Source of the DNA: Sulfolobales archaeon
GTDB taxonomy: Archaea > Thermoproteota > Thermoprotei_A > Sulfolobales > AG1
NCBI GenBank assembly: GCA_038867615.1
Contig: JAWBYA010000003.1
Coordinates: 205,034-269,033 of the forward strand
Direction of reading: 5' to 3'
DNA: 64,000 nt
The notes below the pieces were generated by a model. It was not told where the DNA came from. It saw only the letters and a program-made list of their open reading frames with translations, and made no database searches. Shown in pieces: positions 40,435 to 50,151 of this stretch. The first letter of the stretch is position 1; every line of letters begins with the position of its first letter. The position numbers were made by a program, and so were the translations under genes.

Positions 40435-40645
40435 GGATGTTTTTTTCTGATCATTTATTATTCATGGTTTTATCTAGGGGTTTTGCCTCTGCCCTCAGGG
40501 TCTCTAATCCTGCTGGGTCGTGGGTAACCATCAAGTCAAACAACACGCGGCTCCCATCTAGGGCTTGTGTGGAAAGATCCACACCGAGGGCAATACATCT
40601 CAAAGCCCATAAATACCTCCTACAAATATCAAAAAGAAAACATCC
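40435..40645 (-). mobile_element. Internally deleted insertion sequence (MITE-like remnant)
   Basis: Imperfect ~22-bp terminal inverted repeats GGATGTTTT...; GGAGGT precedes a 24-aa ORF MGFEMYCPRCGSFH (40610-40536) resembling a transposase zinc-ribbon start; a GKTP-ending frame lies near the other end. No target-site duplication seen. Confidence 0.55.
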
Positions 40646-40727
40646 CCATATCGGTGTAGGATCTGTTGTAACGTTTTGGGTATCGGGCTTCTATATAGTT
40701 ATGTCGATCTATGTTATTTCAGGACTG

Positions 40728-41438
40728 TTAGCTTGTCCTGGTCAGGGATCTGTATTGCTTAACTATCTCAATACCGGATGAGCTGCCGATAATGTCTGCT
40801 CCAGCGATCCTCATTAGAGCGAGATCCCATATAGTTCTTATACCCCCAGCAGCTTTTACACCAGTTTTGCTACCCTTTAGAGTGTTTTTCATAATAATAA
40901 CATCCTCCACACTAGCCCCTCTGGGACCAAAACCCGTGGATGTTTTCACATAGCTAGCACCCGCTTTTGCAACAAGCCTACTAGCGAGCTCTATCTTCTC
41001 TCTAGAGAGATAGCCCGTCTCTATTATTATTTTACTTCCAAGACCCAGTTCTCTCGCTCTGTCAACTATTGCTGTAACCTCTCTCTCAAATTCACTCCAT
41101 AAACCCTCAACTATAAATCCTATGTCAGCCACAACATCAACTTCCCTAGCTCCTTTTGATGCTGCATACTCTATCTCCCTCAGCTTTAACTCAAGCCCTA
41201 TATTCCCGTGGGGGAAGGCAATTACTGTGGCTATAGGTGTTCTGCTTATCTGTGCCACTAGGGATAGCCTGTTAAGGGGTACTACCAATGCTCTGAACCC
41301 GTACTGATCGCTCTCGCTGGCAAACTTCTCATAGGCCTTTGGACCGGCATCTGGTCGTAGGAGTGTCTGGTCTATTAGTGGTGCTGGGTTCCCCATCGTC
41401 TCTATTATCCTCACAAGATCCAGGCTCAATCTATCCAA
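40728..41438 (-). CDS. deoC: Deoxyribose-phosphate aldolase
   Basis: IDQTLLRP, GAREVDVV, KIIIET, VKTSTGF and KAAGGIR motifs. Confidence 0.93.
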   Translation of the reverse strand: MDRLSLDLVRIIETMGNPAPLIDQTLLRPDAGPKAYEKFASESDQYGFRALVVPLNRLSLVAQISRTPIATVIAFPHGNIGLELKLREIEYAASKGAREVDVVADIGFIVEGLWSEFEREVTAIVDRARELGLGSKIIIETGYLSREKIELASRLVAKAGASYVKTSTGFGPRGASVEDVIIMKNTLKGSKTGVKAAGGIRTIWDLALMRIAGADIIGSSSGIEIVKQYRSLTRTS

Positions 41439-42592
41439 TCCCCGGTGGATATTTTGTTAGGTATATAGTTATCCATTAAGAAGCTAAGACCCTTGCTTGT
41501 GAGAGCCTCTATCTCAAGCTTAGCCTTCTTTTCTTCAAATATATCTAGCTCTCTCTTCCACTTCTTGGTCTGGAACCACTTATAGTTCCTCAGCTCCTTA
41601 GCCCTCTTGAGATCCATATCCTTAGCCTTGATTATATAGTTCCTTCTCTCACTCTCGGACAGGTAGGGCTTCTTACCCGAGGAAGAGTCGCCGAATATAT
41701 CGCTCATCGCTACCCCAAGGAATCTTGCGTTAGGTGTTGCTAGCCCCTCGCTTTCGTAGGATAGTGTTATGGATCCTATTTTGAACACGCTGTATATATA
41801 GAACCCATATGGATCGCTATCAGTTATTATATATACAGGGAGACCTAGCTCCTCATTGAGTCTCCTAACAAACCTCCTGGTAGCCCTGTCAGGCTGTCCC
41901 GCACTTGTGATCAGTATTGATTTGTATTTTTTCCAGAACTGTGCTCTGTGGAGCTGTTGGAAAACAGCGTCTTTCTCTACAACTAGCACGAACTCTGCAT
42001 TGACGTCTTTAAACTCTATTAGGTCTGGTGTGGGTTCTATAGCATATGCCCCGTGCCCCATCTTGCTAAGATCTATGATATCGTCTCCGCTCTTTATTCT
42101 CATATCACCAACAACTTTCCCCTTCTCCTTAGATAGTATTAGCATGTTCTCTCTCAAGAGATCTGTATATACCTCTATGTCTCGCAATACAGAGTCGCTC
42201 TCAGACTGCTCATCCCACGTGTTTTCCTCATTAACTTTCCCCCTATGATCCCTATACCTAATGGTGTGCTTACCTCTGTAATAGAGATCTCTTATCGTTG
42301 GGTACTCATTATTAATGAGAGCCTGGTATATTATCGATGCCATGAGGATTGTCTGCATAAACCTCCTAGCCTCGTGGGCGTCTAGGAATCTTCTCACAAG
42401 CTTCTCACTCCCTAGCACGAGGAGTTTTCTCTGCTCATCATAGATAGTGTTTGATAGGGTTCTCTTTGGTATGCTCATTTTCGGCTCTTCTCCTTCCATT
42501 ATCGATTTATATATCTCGAGGAACTTTGATCTGATCACCTCTGCCGCTTTTTTCCTGGCTTCTAGGTCAACTTTGGAGATATGCACAGACAA
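41426..42592 (-). CDS. top6A: DNA topoisomerase VI subunit A
   Basis: TIRDLYY (catalytic Tyr), VVEKDA, GQPDRATR, DSDPYG and KLEIEAL motifs. Confidence 0.96.
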   Translation of the reverse strand: MSVHISKVDLEARKKAAEVIRSKFLEIYKSIMEGEEPKMSIPKRTLSNTIYDEQRKLLVLGSEKLVRRFLDAHEARRFMQTILMASIIYQALINNEYPTIRDLYYRGKHTIRYRDHRGKVNEENTWDEQSESDSVLRDIEVYTDLLRENMLILSKEKGKVVGDMRIKSGDDIIDLSKMGHGAYAIEPTPDLIEFKDVNAEFVLVVEKDAVFQQLHRAQFWKKYKSILITSAGQPDRATRRFVRRLNEELGLPVYIITDSDPYGFYIYSVFKIGSITLSYESEGLATPNARFLGVAMSDIFGDSSSGKKPYLSESERRNYIIKAKDMDLKRAKELRNYKWFQTKKWKRELDIFEEKKAKLEIEALTSKGLSFLMDNYIPNKISTGDWID

Positions 42593-42723
42593 AACGATCC
42601 CCTCAGTTAATGTGGTAATACTCCTCTTCTCTAAAATTACACTGAGACCTATATCTATGCTTACTAAGACTCTTCCTAGACGGGGTGTGGTTGCAACACC
42701 CTAGTCCGGATACAGTGCTACTT

Positions 42724-44304
42724 CTACTCAACCCCTATTACCACGTCCTTTACACTTTTTATACCTACCCCTAGCTTTGCTCTGGCGAGGGATAGAAGCT
42801 TCTCCTCAATAATACTCTCGCCACTATCTACTCCCACTATTGTTGATAGACTCCTAGAGATCTCTGGTATATATTTAATAATAGAATAGGCTCTTCTAGC
42901 CGCTTCTTCCTCTCTCTTCTTCCTAGATAGATAGTTTCTAAGCCTCCTAGCCACCTCTCTCAAACCATTCCTTATCTCCGCCTCTATCTCTGGTACATCA
43001 GCTATGCTCTCTTTACCAACCCCCTTATATGGGATCTTCGTGCTGCATACATGCACCAGCACAGCTATCGGTGCTGGGAACTCTACCTCATAATCCCTCC
43101 AATCCATTGTCGATACTATTTTGAAAGAAACATCGGATCCCTCGTCGTAGAGTAGGGGTATCTTGTTGGCAAACCTGAGTAGCAGGATCTCTGTAGGGTC
43201 ATTTGCTATAGGTACAGAACCGCCATATGCTATGCCTGTCTCTACTATCACAGCATGTCCAGCATAGCTGGTTGGCTTCCTAGTAATAGCATCAACGAAT
43301 TCCGGCTTAAACATATTGCTAAGCCCTATCCTAAGGATCTCGTCTCCTATTGGTGATAGATGGTCTGCTGAGGGTCTTCTAAATCCATCGTATTTCTTGA
43401 TAGACTCTGCGAGCCTCTCGATCTCTTCTTGAGAGAGTCTCCTAGGATTTCTATCGCTTCTCAACCCAGCGATTGCCAGGATATTTTCAGCGGTTTTTCT
43501 ACCAACGCCCTGGAAGTCATTTTCAAGGAACTCCAGTATAGTCCTCCTCCTTGTAGAGGTTAGCATCATTTTCAACATTTCTAGATCAACGCCTATCGGG
43601 TGGGGTTTTGTCTCTCTAGGGGGTTTTGGTATGAGCTCGGTAACCCTCTTAAACAGATAGATCTTCCCCTCAGGGTCTTTAAAATAAATGGTGGCATATG
43701 GTGCTATTATATGGGTTCTCTTAATATAGTCGATAATTTTGCTCTTAGATCTCTGCCAATCACCCAGTATGGAGACCTTAACCACAGTACCGTGCCAATC
43801 GCTCTCCTTGCGCCATGAGGATCTCTCAAGAACCACTGGCTCGTTATTCTTTATATCTATCATAAGCCTGAAACCATAGATTCGTGTGGACTTAATAGGG
43901 CTTGTAATAACCTCAACAGGCTTTCCCACAGTTATTTGTCCGTAGAGGACAACCATCTTGGCACCCAAACCGAACATGCCTCTTGTTTGTCTCAATGTAT
44001 ACTTGCTGCTAAAGAGCACCATTCCAAAGGCTTGTGGTACATAGTGGGGCGGGATCCCTATACCGTTATCCTGGACAGTTATGGAATAGATATCCTCGCC
44101 CTGACCATCACTCTTATCTATACTTATATTGATCTCTGGGAGTATTCCGTGAGCATCTGTTGCATCGAGAGCATTCTCGGTAAGCTCTCTCACACTTTGA
44201 TAAAGCGCTCTAGCAGGGTTGGAAAAGCCTGCTAGCTCCCTATTCCTATAGAAGAACTCTGAGGGAGAAATAGCCCTGAAGCTCTCTACACTCATTGCTG
44301 TCAA
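42724..44304 (-). CDS. top6B: DNA topoisomerase VI subunit B
   Basis: SPSEFF, ENALDA, DNGIG, RGMFGLG, PHP.G and RFANKIPL motifs. Confidence 0.96.
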   Translation of the reverse strand: MTAMSVESFRAISPSEFFYRNRELAGFSNPARALYQSVRELTENALDATDAHGILPEINISIDKSDGQGEDIYSITVQDNGIGIPPHYVPQAFGMVLFSSKYTLRQTRGMFGLGAKMVVLYGQITVGKPVEVITSPIKSTRIYGFRLMIDIKNNEPVVLERSSWRKESDWHGTVVKVSILGDWQRSKSKIIDYIKRTHIIAPYATIYFKDPEGKIYLFKRVTELIPKPPRETKPHPIGVDLEMLKMMLTSTRRRTILEFLENDFQGVGRKTAENILAIAGLRSDRNPRRLSQEEIERLAESIKKYDGFRRPSADHLSPIGDEILRIGLSNMFKPEFVDAITRKPTSYAGHAVIVETGIAYGGSVPIANDPTEILLLRFANKIPLLYDEGSDVSFKIVSTMDWRDYEVEFPAPIAVLVHVCSTKIPYKGVGKESIADVPEIEAEIRNGLREVARRLRNYLSRKKREEEAARRAYSIIKYIPEISRSLSTIVGVDSGESIIEEKLLSLARAKLGVGIKSVKDVVIGVE

Positions 44305-44770
44305 AAACTAGCACCATCTACTAGTATATTTAATTAATAGTCTTATATAATGTGTGGCCAATACCAAAGAGTCTTTAGAGCAAATAGTGCCGGGTTTCGT
44401 TTGCACTTCACTCATCCGGGCTGGGAGACTTATCCCTTCTTCATCCATCGAGTATCATCGGAGCGCCTAACATCTTGCGGTTTATGTGTTATCCATGGGT
44501 GTTGCTCTCGCTTTATTGGTCATGATATGTCGGTGATATCTTAATGCAGAGTTCTTATATACATTAGCTTAAAATCCCTAAAGATATTTCTCTCTGCATG
44601 ATACGCATTACATTAGAGGTACTGATTCGCCGGGTATCTATAGCAGCCTAAAACCTTTAGGAGCATGTTCAGCTGATAGTGTGTGGAAAGACTCTGGGTA
44701 GAGGGGATCTATCTATCAATTAGTTTTGAACTATTAACATAGCTAAATACCTTGGTGTTAGAGAACAATT

Positions 44771-44827
44771 GGGGGATGACCGGCTTCTCCCACTGAGTAG
44801 TGATTGAGGTGAAGCGACGGGGACCCC
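44771..44827 (+). ncRNA. Probable box C/D sRNA with degenerate D box
   Basis: GGGATGA, guide CCGGCTTCTCCCA, CTGA, GTGATT, second guide, then GGGA. GGGG/CCCC terminal stem; TATA-like CTAAATA ~25 nt upstream. Confidence 0.5.
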
Positions 44828-44896
44828 ATAGATACTCACAAATAGGTTGGTAGATTCATGGTTCATTAGATATCTAGCTAGTCATTATTTGGTTTC

Positions 44897-45301
44897 TTAC
44901 TCATCGGCATACATGGTGCGATCTGCTTTCCCCATAACGATCTTTTCGGCCTTAAGGGCTTTGGCTATATAGTCGAAAGAGAGTTCAGGCCTTGTATGGG
45001 ATCCGCAAGAATATACATCTACGGTAGCGAACCCGAACTCCGGCCATGTGTGTATCGATATATGGCTCTCGACTATGATGGCTACTATTGATAGGCCCTC
45101 ACCTATTTTCCAGATCTTTATATCGAGCAGGTTCATGTTACCAACTTCTGCTGCGGTTACAACGATCTTTTCAAGTTCGTATGGATCTCCAAGGATCTTT
45201 GGATCGCAGCCATAGAGATTCCCATAGATATGCTTGCCAATAACCTTGGCAACGACTGGACGAGCAGGGCTCATGATAGAAATAACTGTGGTCTCCTCCA
45301 T
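44897..45301 (-). CDS. speD: S-adenosylmethionine decarboxylase proenzyme (pyruvoyl type)
   Basis: ESH cleavage motif and [14 protein letters not shown]. The WKIGEG segment fits the crenarchaeal AdoMetDC rather than the ArgDC paralogue (from recall). Confidence 0.85.
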   Translation of the reverse strand: MEETTVISIMSPARPVVAKVIGKHIYGNLYGCDPKILGDPYELEKIVVTAAEVGNMNLLDIKIWKIGEGLSIVAIIVESHISIHTWPEFGFATVDVYSCGSHTRPELSFDYIAKALKAEKIVMGKADRTMYADE

Positions 45302-46174
45302 CCCCCTACCCCCTCCCTTATAAGATAATCAATTCACGTCTTTTAAGCAATAATGGTATTGGTAATAAAGGATCCGTTAAAGGAGATAGCTTTGCCCCTA
45401 GAATGACTTTGTTGCGTCACATAAAGGTTTTCTTAGCCCAGAACTAGGGGTATTCTTTTAGGTCTAGATGCACAAGCCCTATGTTTATTGCCTTAACTTT
45501 TTCCAAGTTCACCATGGCTTCTAGTTTTTCTTTTTCCATCACTCATAGGTTTAATTGAGTATAGCGTTTGTTCTTAATGTCAGTACGGTGTTTTGTATAG
45601 AGTTACTTAGTCGGTAGAAAAGAAATTAGATCTTTCTAATAGCTTTCTTTTTTGTTTCTTGTTATATCTGAGATCTGTATCTCTGCTAAACTATCTGTGT
45701 GTATTGAAATATTATTGATTGGATAGATTCTAGGCGTATATTGGTACGATCCTCATGTATGGTGTTCCTCGGTAAAGAACCGTGTTAATAGATCTTCCAG
45801 CATTAGTTGCTTTACCTAGCTTCTCTCTACGTTGGTATTTATTAAATTAAGATCGAAGCTGTGATATCTTGTAAGTATTTATGCGATGTTAGGATTAAGG
45901 ATCGATTTGGCATGGTTTTGTTTGCTCTCCGGCTATCTCGGTTAGCACTTCATGGTGTTGAGAGAAGAAGCAGCATTGATCGTTAATAGTAATTATTCTC
46001 ATTACAATAGCTATTGAAATTGGTGCCATAGCCAGTTGTTTCTGGTTTCATGGTGGTTTATAGGGGGACATGGTGTGGTTTTGTTGTTCTATCCCGCCCA
46101 GCAGTGGGGGTGGAGATAGAGATCCTAGGGGTGGGTTAAATAAAAGCCGGGGTGTGGGGGTTTCTCTGCGGCAT

Positions 46175-46282
46175 TGGGTTGGGGTCGAGGGTATGGGCTT
46201 CGATGAAAGGATCCCTGGGGCCGGTGAAGCCAAGGACTGAGCAGTTGGTACAAAATCACCCGCTATGAGATCCAAACCCCGA
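46175..46282 (+). ncRNA. Candidate structured RNA with kink-turn-like motifs, family unassigned
   Basis: GC-rich intergenic island. Closing stem GGGTTGGGGTC/GATCCAAACCC, inner stems GGGT/ACCC and GGCT/AGCC with GATGA/TGA elements; TTAAATA at 46136-46142. Confidence 0.4.
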
Positions 46283-46357
46283 TTCGGTGTATCCTGTGTC
46301 CAGGGTATGATGATCAAGCTTTTTATCCTCCTAGGGTAGTGAGGGGTGGTGGTCTTT

Positions 46358-47533
46358 ATGAGCAAGGAGAAGACAACTGTTTCTGTTATAAAGGCTGATA
46401 TTGGCTCCCTAGCTGGGCATCACATAGTTCATCCCGATACTCTCGCAATAGCTTCAAGAATCCTTGCTGAGGGTAAGTCGAAGGGTATTATAACAGACTA
46501 TTATGTTACAAATGTAGGCGATGATCTTCAGTTGATAATGACACATAGAAAGGGCGTTGATAACAATGCTGTTCACGAGCTTGCATGGAATGCTTTCAAA
46601 GAAGCTGCAAGGATTGCTAAGGAGCTTGGTCTCTATGCAGCTGGACAGGATCTCTTGAGCGACGCTTTCAGTGGTAACGTGAGGGGTCTCGGTCCGGGGG
46701 TTGCTGAGATGGAGTTTGAGGAGAGACCTTCAGAACCTATAGTGATCTTTATGGCTGATAAGACAGAGCCCGGGGCTTTCAACCTACCGATGTACAGAAT
46801 ATTCGCAGATCCTTTCAACACGGCTGGTTTAGTAATAGATCCCAGGCTTCACCAGGGCTTCAAGTTCACAGTATATGATGCCTTTGAAGGGAGGGAGATA
46901 ACCCTAAATGCTCCAGAAGAGATCTACGATCTGCTGGCCATTATAGGAACACCTGGGAGGTTTATAGTGAGAAGGGTTAATAGGAAGAGCGATGACGAGA
47001 TAGCAGCTGTAGTTAGCGTTGAGAGGCTAAGCCTCATAGCTGGTAGGTATGTTGGTAAAGATGATCCTGTAGCTATAGTAAGAGCCCAGAGCGGTTTCCC
47101 AGCAGTAGGCGAGATACTCGAGGCCTTCACACACCCACACCTAGTGGCAGGCTGGATGAGGGGTAGCCATCACGGCCCGCTTATGCCGGTAGGGCTGAGA
47201 CACGCTAAGGTGACAAGGTTCGACGGCCCGCCAAGGGTTGTCGCACTAGGCTTTAACATTAAGAACGCTAAGCTCGTAGGCCCAGCAGATCTGTTTGACG
47301 ATGTAGCGTTTGACGAGGTCAGGAGAATGGCTCTAATTATTGCTGATTATATAAGGAGACATGGTCCCATGATGCCACACAGGCTCGGGCCGGAGGAGAT
47401 GGAGTATACAACACTTCCAGAGGTTCTCCAGAGGCTTAGCAGCAGGTTTGTCGAAACAGGCGAGAAAAAAGCTGCTAAGCCGAAAGTAACGTCAGAACTT
47501 CTAACATCTGAGAAAGAGAAAGAGGCCGATTAG
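46358..47533 (+). CDS. fbp: Fructose-1,6-bisphosphate aldolase/phosphatase (class V)
   Basis: IKADIG, GDD, YAAGQDLL, GNVRG.GPG, DKTEPGAFN, YVGKDDP and GWMRGSH motifs. Confidence 0.96.
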   Translation: MSKEKTTVSVIKADIGSLAGHHIVHPDTLAIASRILAEGKSKGIITDYYVTNVGDDLQLIMTHRKGVDNNAVHELAWNAFKEAARIAKELGLYAAGQDLLSDAFSGNVRGLGPGVAEMEFEERPSEPIVIFMADKTEPGAFNLPMYRIFADPFNTAGLVIDPRLHQGFKFTVYDAFEGREITLNAPEEIYDLLAIIGTPGRFIVRRVNRKSDDEIAAVVSVERLSLIAGRYVGKDDPVAIVRAQSGFPAVGEILEAFTHPHLVAGWMRGSHHGPLMPVGLRHAKVTRFDGPPRVVALGFNIKNAKLVGPADLFDDVAFDEVRRMALIIADYIRRHGPMMPHRLGPEEMEYTTLPEVLQRLSSRFVETGEKKAAKPKVTSELLTSEKEKEAD

Positions 47534-47546
47534 AAGAGGATCTTTA

Positions 47547-48296
47547 ATGAGAATCCCGGTTCTTGTAATAAATTTTAAGACTTACCGCACATCCTACGGC
47601 CAGTCGGGGCTAAGCATAGCTAAGTCTGCTGAGAAAGTCGCTCTAGAGACAGGTCTCAACATTGTGATAGCCCCGCCCCTTCTCGAGACATCCTTTATAG
47701 TCAAGAACGTTGGTATAGATGTTTATACACAACATGTTGAGCCGCTATACTATGGGGCATATACTGGACATACACCGATAGAGGCTCTGAGGGATCTGGG
47801 GGTTAGAGGGGTTATTGTTAATCACAGTGAGAACCAGATTGATCTTAAAAGTATTATAAGAATATCGGAGATCGCAAGATCCATGGGATTAGGAGTCATA
47901 GCATGTTCGGACAGCACAGGTCTAGCAGAAATAATAGCAAGGCATGCAATGCCGGATGCCATAGCCCTAGAGCCGCCGGAGCTCATAGGGAGCGGTATAG
48001 CTGTTTCCAAAGCAAGACCCGAGATCATTATCGAGGGTGTCAGAGCGGTGAAACACGTCTCTAAGCATATGCTGCAGAATACCGAGCGAGTGCCGCGAGA
48101 TATAGCTGTCCTAGCCGGGGCTGGTATATCGTCTCGGGAAGATGTTGCAAGAGCTATAGAATTAGGGGCTGAGGGAGTGCTTGTGGCATCCGCAATAATG
48201 CTCTCCAAATCTCCGGAGAGCGTTATAATGGATTTTGCGCAATCTATGCTCAAGGCTTGGGATGAGAGAAGGGGTTCTGGTGTTAAGAGAGCATAG
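47547..48296 (+). CDS. tpiA: Triosephosphate isomerase, archaeal type
   Basis: INFKTY, NHSE, EPPELIG, GAGI and GVLVAS motifs. Confidence 0.95.
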   Translation: MRIPVLVINFKTYRTSYGQSGLSIAKSAEKVALETGLNIVIAPPLLETSFIVKNVGIDVYTQHVEPLYYGAYTGHTPIEALRDLGVRGVIVNHSENQIDLKSIIRISEIARSMGLGVIACSDSTGLAEIIARHAMPDAIALEPPELIGSGIAVSKARPEIIIEGVRAVKHVSKHMLQNTERVPRDIAVLAGAGISSREDVARAIELGAEGVLVASAIMLSKSPESVIMDFAQSMLKAWDERRGSGVKRA

Positions 48297-48564
48297 TTAC
48301 GGATCCAAAGGATTCTGCGAGGTATGTTGGGAAAAACCAGCGATGTTTATATGTGTAAAATGTGGTCGCAGTGTCTGTAATGATCATCTAGGGTTTGGTG
48401 GCACGTGCGTGATATGTAGATCTGTGCTATGTAACATCTGCGGCAAGAACTTAGCAATAATAAGCTGTATTTCGTGCGGCAGGCTCACATGCTATGGGTG
48501 TCTCGATAGAAGGTATAATAACCCGCTATGTATGTTGTGTAAAATAGGATCTATAAAACAGTGA
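48280..48564 (+). CDS. Cysteine-rich multi-zinc-finger protein
   Basis: Eight CxxC/CxxH pairs (CEVC, CVKC, CNDH, CVIC, CNIC, CISC, CYGC, CMLC). GTG 48280 follows GGGG and overlaps the tpiA end. Confidence 0.75.
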   Translation: MLREHSYGSKGFCEVCWEKPAMFICVKCGRSVCNDHLGFGGTCVICRSVLCNICGKNLAIISCISCGRLTCYGCLDRRYNNPLCMLCKIGSIKQ

Positions 48565-48993
48565 GAGCTGGTTTAATTTTCATAACGGTTAAATGGTGTT
48601 GTAGCCATTCTATTCATAGTTTAGCTAGTCTCAGGGGTCCTTATGCCGGAACCTACATAGTTGATTCATAATCCTAGCCATTTCAAGATGGCGCTAATTA
48701 CGATCTTCTTTCATTGTTCATCTCTGCTTTGTTGTTTGATGAAACCTCATGCCGGTTTTCTTCTTCTCTCGTCATGCATGTTTGGTCTTTAAAGTGATTT
48801 GCCTGCATGGCTGTTAGATAATGTTGAAGAACAACAAATTGTATTGTATGAGGATTCGGTGGTGTTGGATATCGTCCGCTATAGATCTTCACGGGATCCG
48901 TTGTGTTTTGTAGAAGATTATGGTGGTTAAAAACGTGGTTTTGGATATGAGATGATTCATGCCTGTATGGCGACGGACATCGATAGATCTTTC

Positions 48994-50136
48994 TCACAGG
49001 GTTCCAAACCGTTTGTTCCATTCTTCATAGCTACGCAGCATATCTTGAGATATGCTTGGCTTTCTCTTTGAAACAGCCTCTATTAGATCTTTCATTTGGA
49101 TTGGTCTCGGTTTACCACCTATGGCTCCCTTCTCGAATAACTCGTCAACAACCTTGGAATATGCTTCCCTCACTATATCTACTATGTCGCTTGCCGAGTA
49201 CCCCTCCGTGATCTTTGCTATCTCTTCGAGGTTGACGCCTGGGTCTAGTTCTAAGTTTCTACAGTAGTGCTTTAGAAGCGCTAACCTCGTCTCGTAGTTG
49301 GGGCTCGGAACATATATTCTCTTCTGGAACCTTCTTATAAACCCTATATCAAGGGACCATGGTTTGTTTGTGGTACCTATAACAAAGATCATCTCCCTGC
49401 TTCCCTTACTATAGAGCCCGTCCATTTCTTTAAGAAACTGGTTCCTAACCCTCACCTCTCCTCCAACCTCTGAGGAGAAGACACCCATTAGAGAGTCAAC
49501 CTCGTCTATGACTATGATTACTGGTCTACCGCCTTCTGCGATCCGTCTTGCAGTATCGAAAATCCTCCTAACATTCTTCTCAGCATCTCCCAACCATTTT
49601 GACATTATATCTGATGCATCTATAGGTATGAAGGCGGCCTTGATCTCGTTTGCCACAGCAGCGGCAAGCATGGTTTTACCGTTTCCCGGGGGTCCAAAGA
49701 GGAGCACCCCCTTATCCCAGCCTATCTTATCGATATACAGATCTGGTCTCTTCACTGGATAGATTATGGCTTTTTTAATAGCCTTCTTAACATCGTCTAG
49801 ATCTACTATATCTTCGAAAGTTATTTTAGGAGGCTCTTTAACAAGATCTCTCTCTATCGATTGAGAACCGCTCTCCTCATTTCTCCCAGCAACCCCGATT
49901 TTCTCTAGGCTTTTTTCGAGAAACACTGCCCGCTCCTCATAGCTCCTTATGAACTCTACATAGGCTTCCCTCAACCCTGTGTCTGGGTTTATGCTTAAGA
50001 TCCTTCTGAGGATCTGTGCAGCCGCTTTGTAGTATTTCACAGCATCTTCATAGTTGCCTGTCCTCTCCGCCATCACAGCCTTGTCGGCATACTCCTTGGC
50101 TGTTCTTTCTAAAAGACTTGTTGAGTAACCGCTCAA
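48994..50136 (-). CDS. cdvC: Cell division ATPase CdvC (Vps4 homologue; MIT plus AAA)
   Basis: N-terminal MIT helices, GPPGNGKT, SKWLG, IDEVD, TNKPW and RRFQKR; third gene of the cdv operon. Confidence 0.94.
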   Translation of the reverse strand: MSGYSTSLLERTAKEYADKAVMAERTGNYEDAVKYYKAAAQILRRILSINPDTGLREAYVEFIRSYEERAVFLEKSLEKIGVAGRNEESGSQSIERDLVKEPPKITFEDIVDLDDVKKAIKKAIIYPVKRPDLYIDKIGWDKGVLLFGPPGNGKTMLAAAVANEIKAAFIPIDASDIMSKWLGDAEKNVRRIFDTARRIAEGGRPVIIVIDEVDSLMGVFSSEVGGEVRVRNQFLKEMDGLYSKGSREMIFVIGTTNKPWSLDIGFIRRFQKRIYVPSPNYETRLALLKHYCRNLELDPGVNLEEIAKITEGYSASDIVDIVREAYSKVVDELFEKGAIGGKPRPIQMKDLIEAVSKRKPSISQDMLRSYEEWNKRFGTL

Positions 50137-50151
50137 ATAGTCCCACTCCTC

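Noticed and set aside
44385-44470. Minus-strand CGGATGAG...CGAAAC resembling a hammerhead ribozyme core, or a C/D RNA with ATGA boxes
   Set aside because: The core is CGGAUGA rather than CUGAUGA, stem II does not form, and the C/D boxes are too degenerate to support a call.
45302-46130. Replication origin in the AT-rich gap
   Set aside because: No ORB-like repeats were recognised and no cdc6/whiP gene is adjacent. Kept only as an unexplained non-coding region.
46181-46272. Resemblance to a SAM-I riboswitch (GAGGG..GATGAAA; GGTACAAAATC) near speD
   Set aside because: The P1 AUC/GAU pairing, GCAACC and P2 pairing are missing, and the element points away from speD.
48698-49021. 107-aa ORF downstream of cdvC as a fourth cdv gene
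   Set aside because: It has atypical His/Asn/Gln-rich composition, no RBS or motif, and starts inside cdvC. It is probably non-coding.
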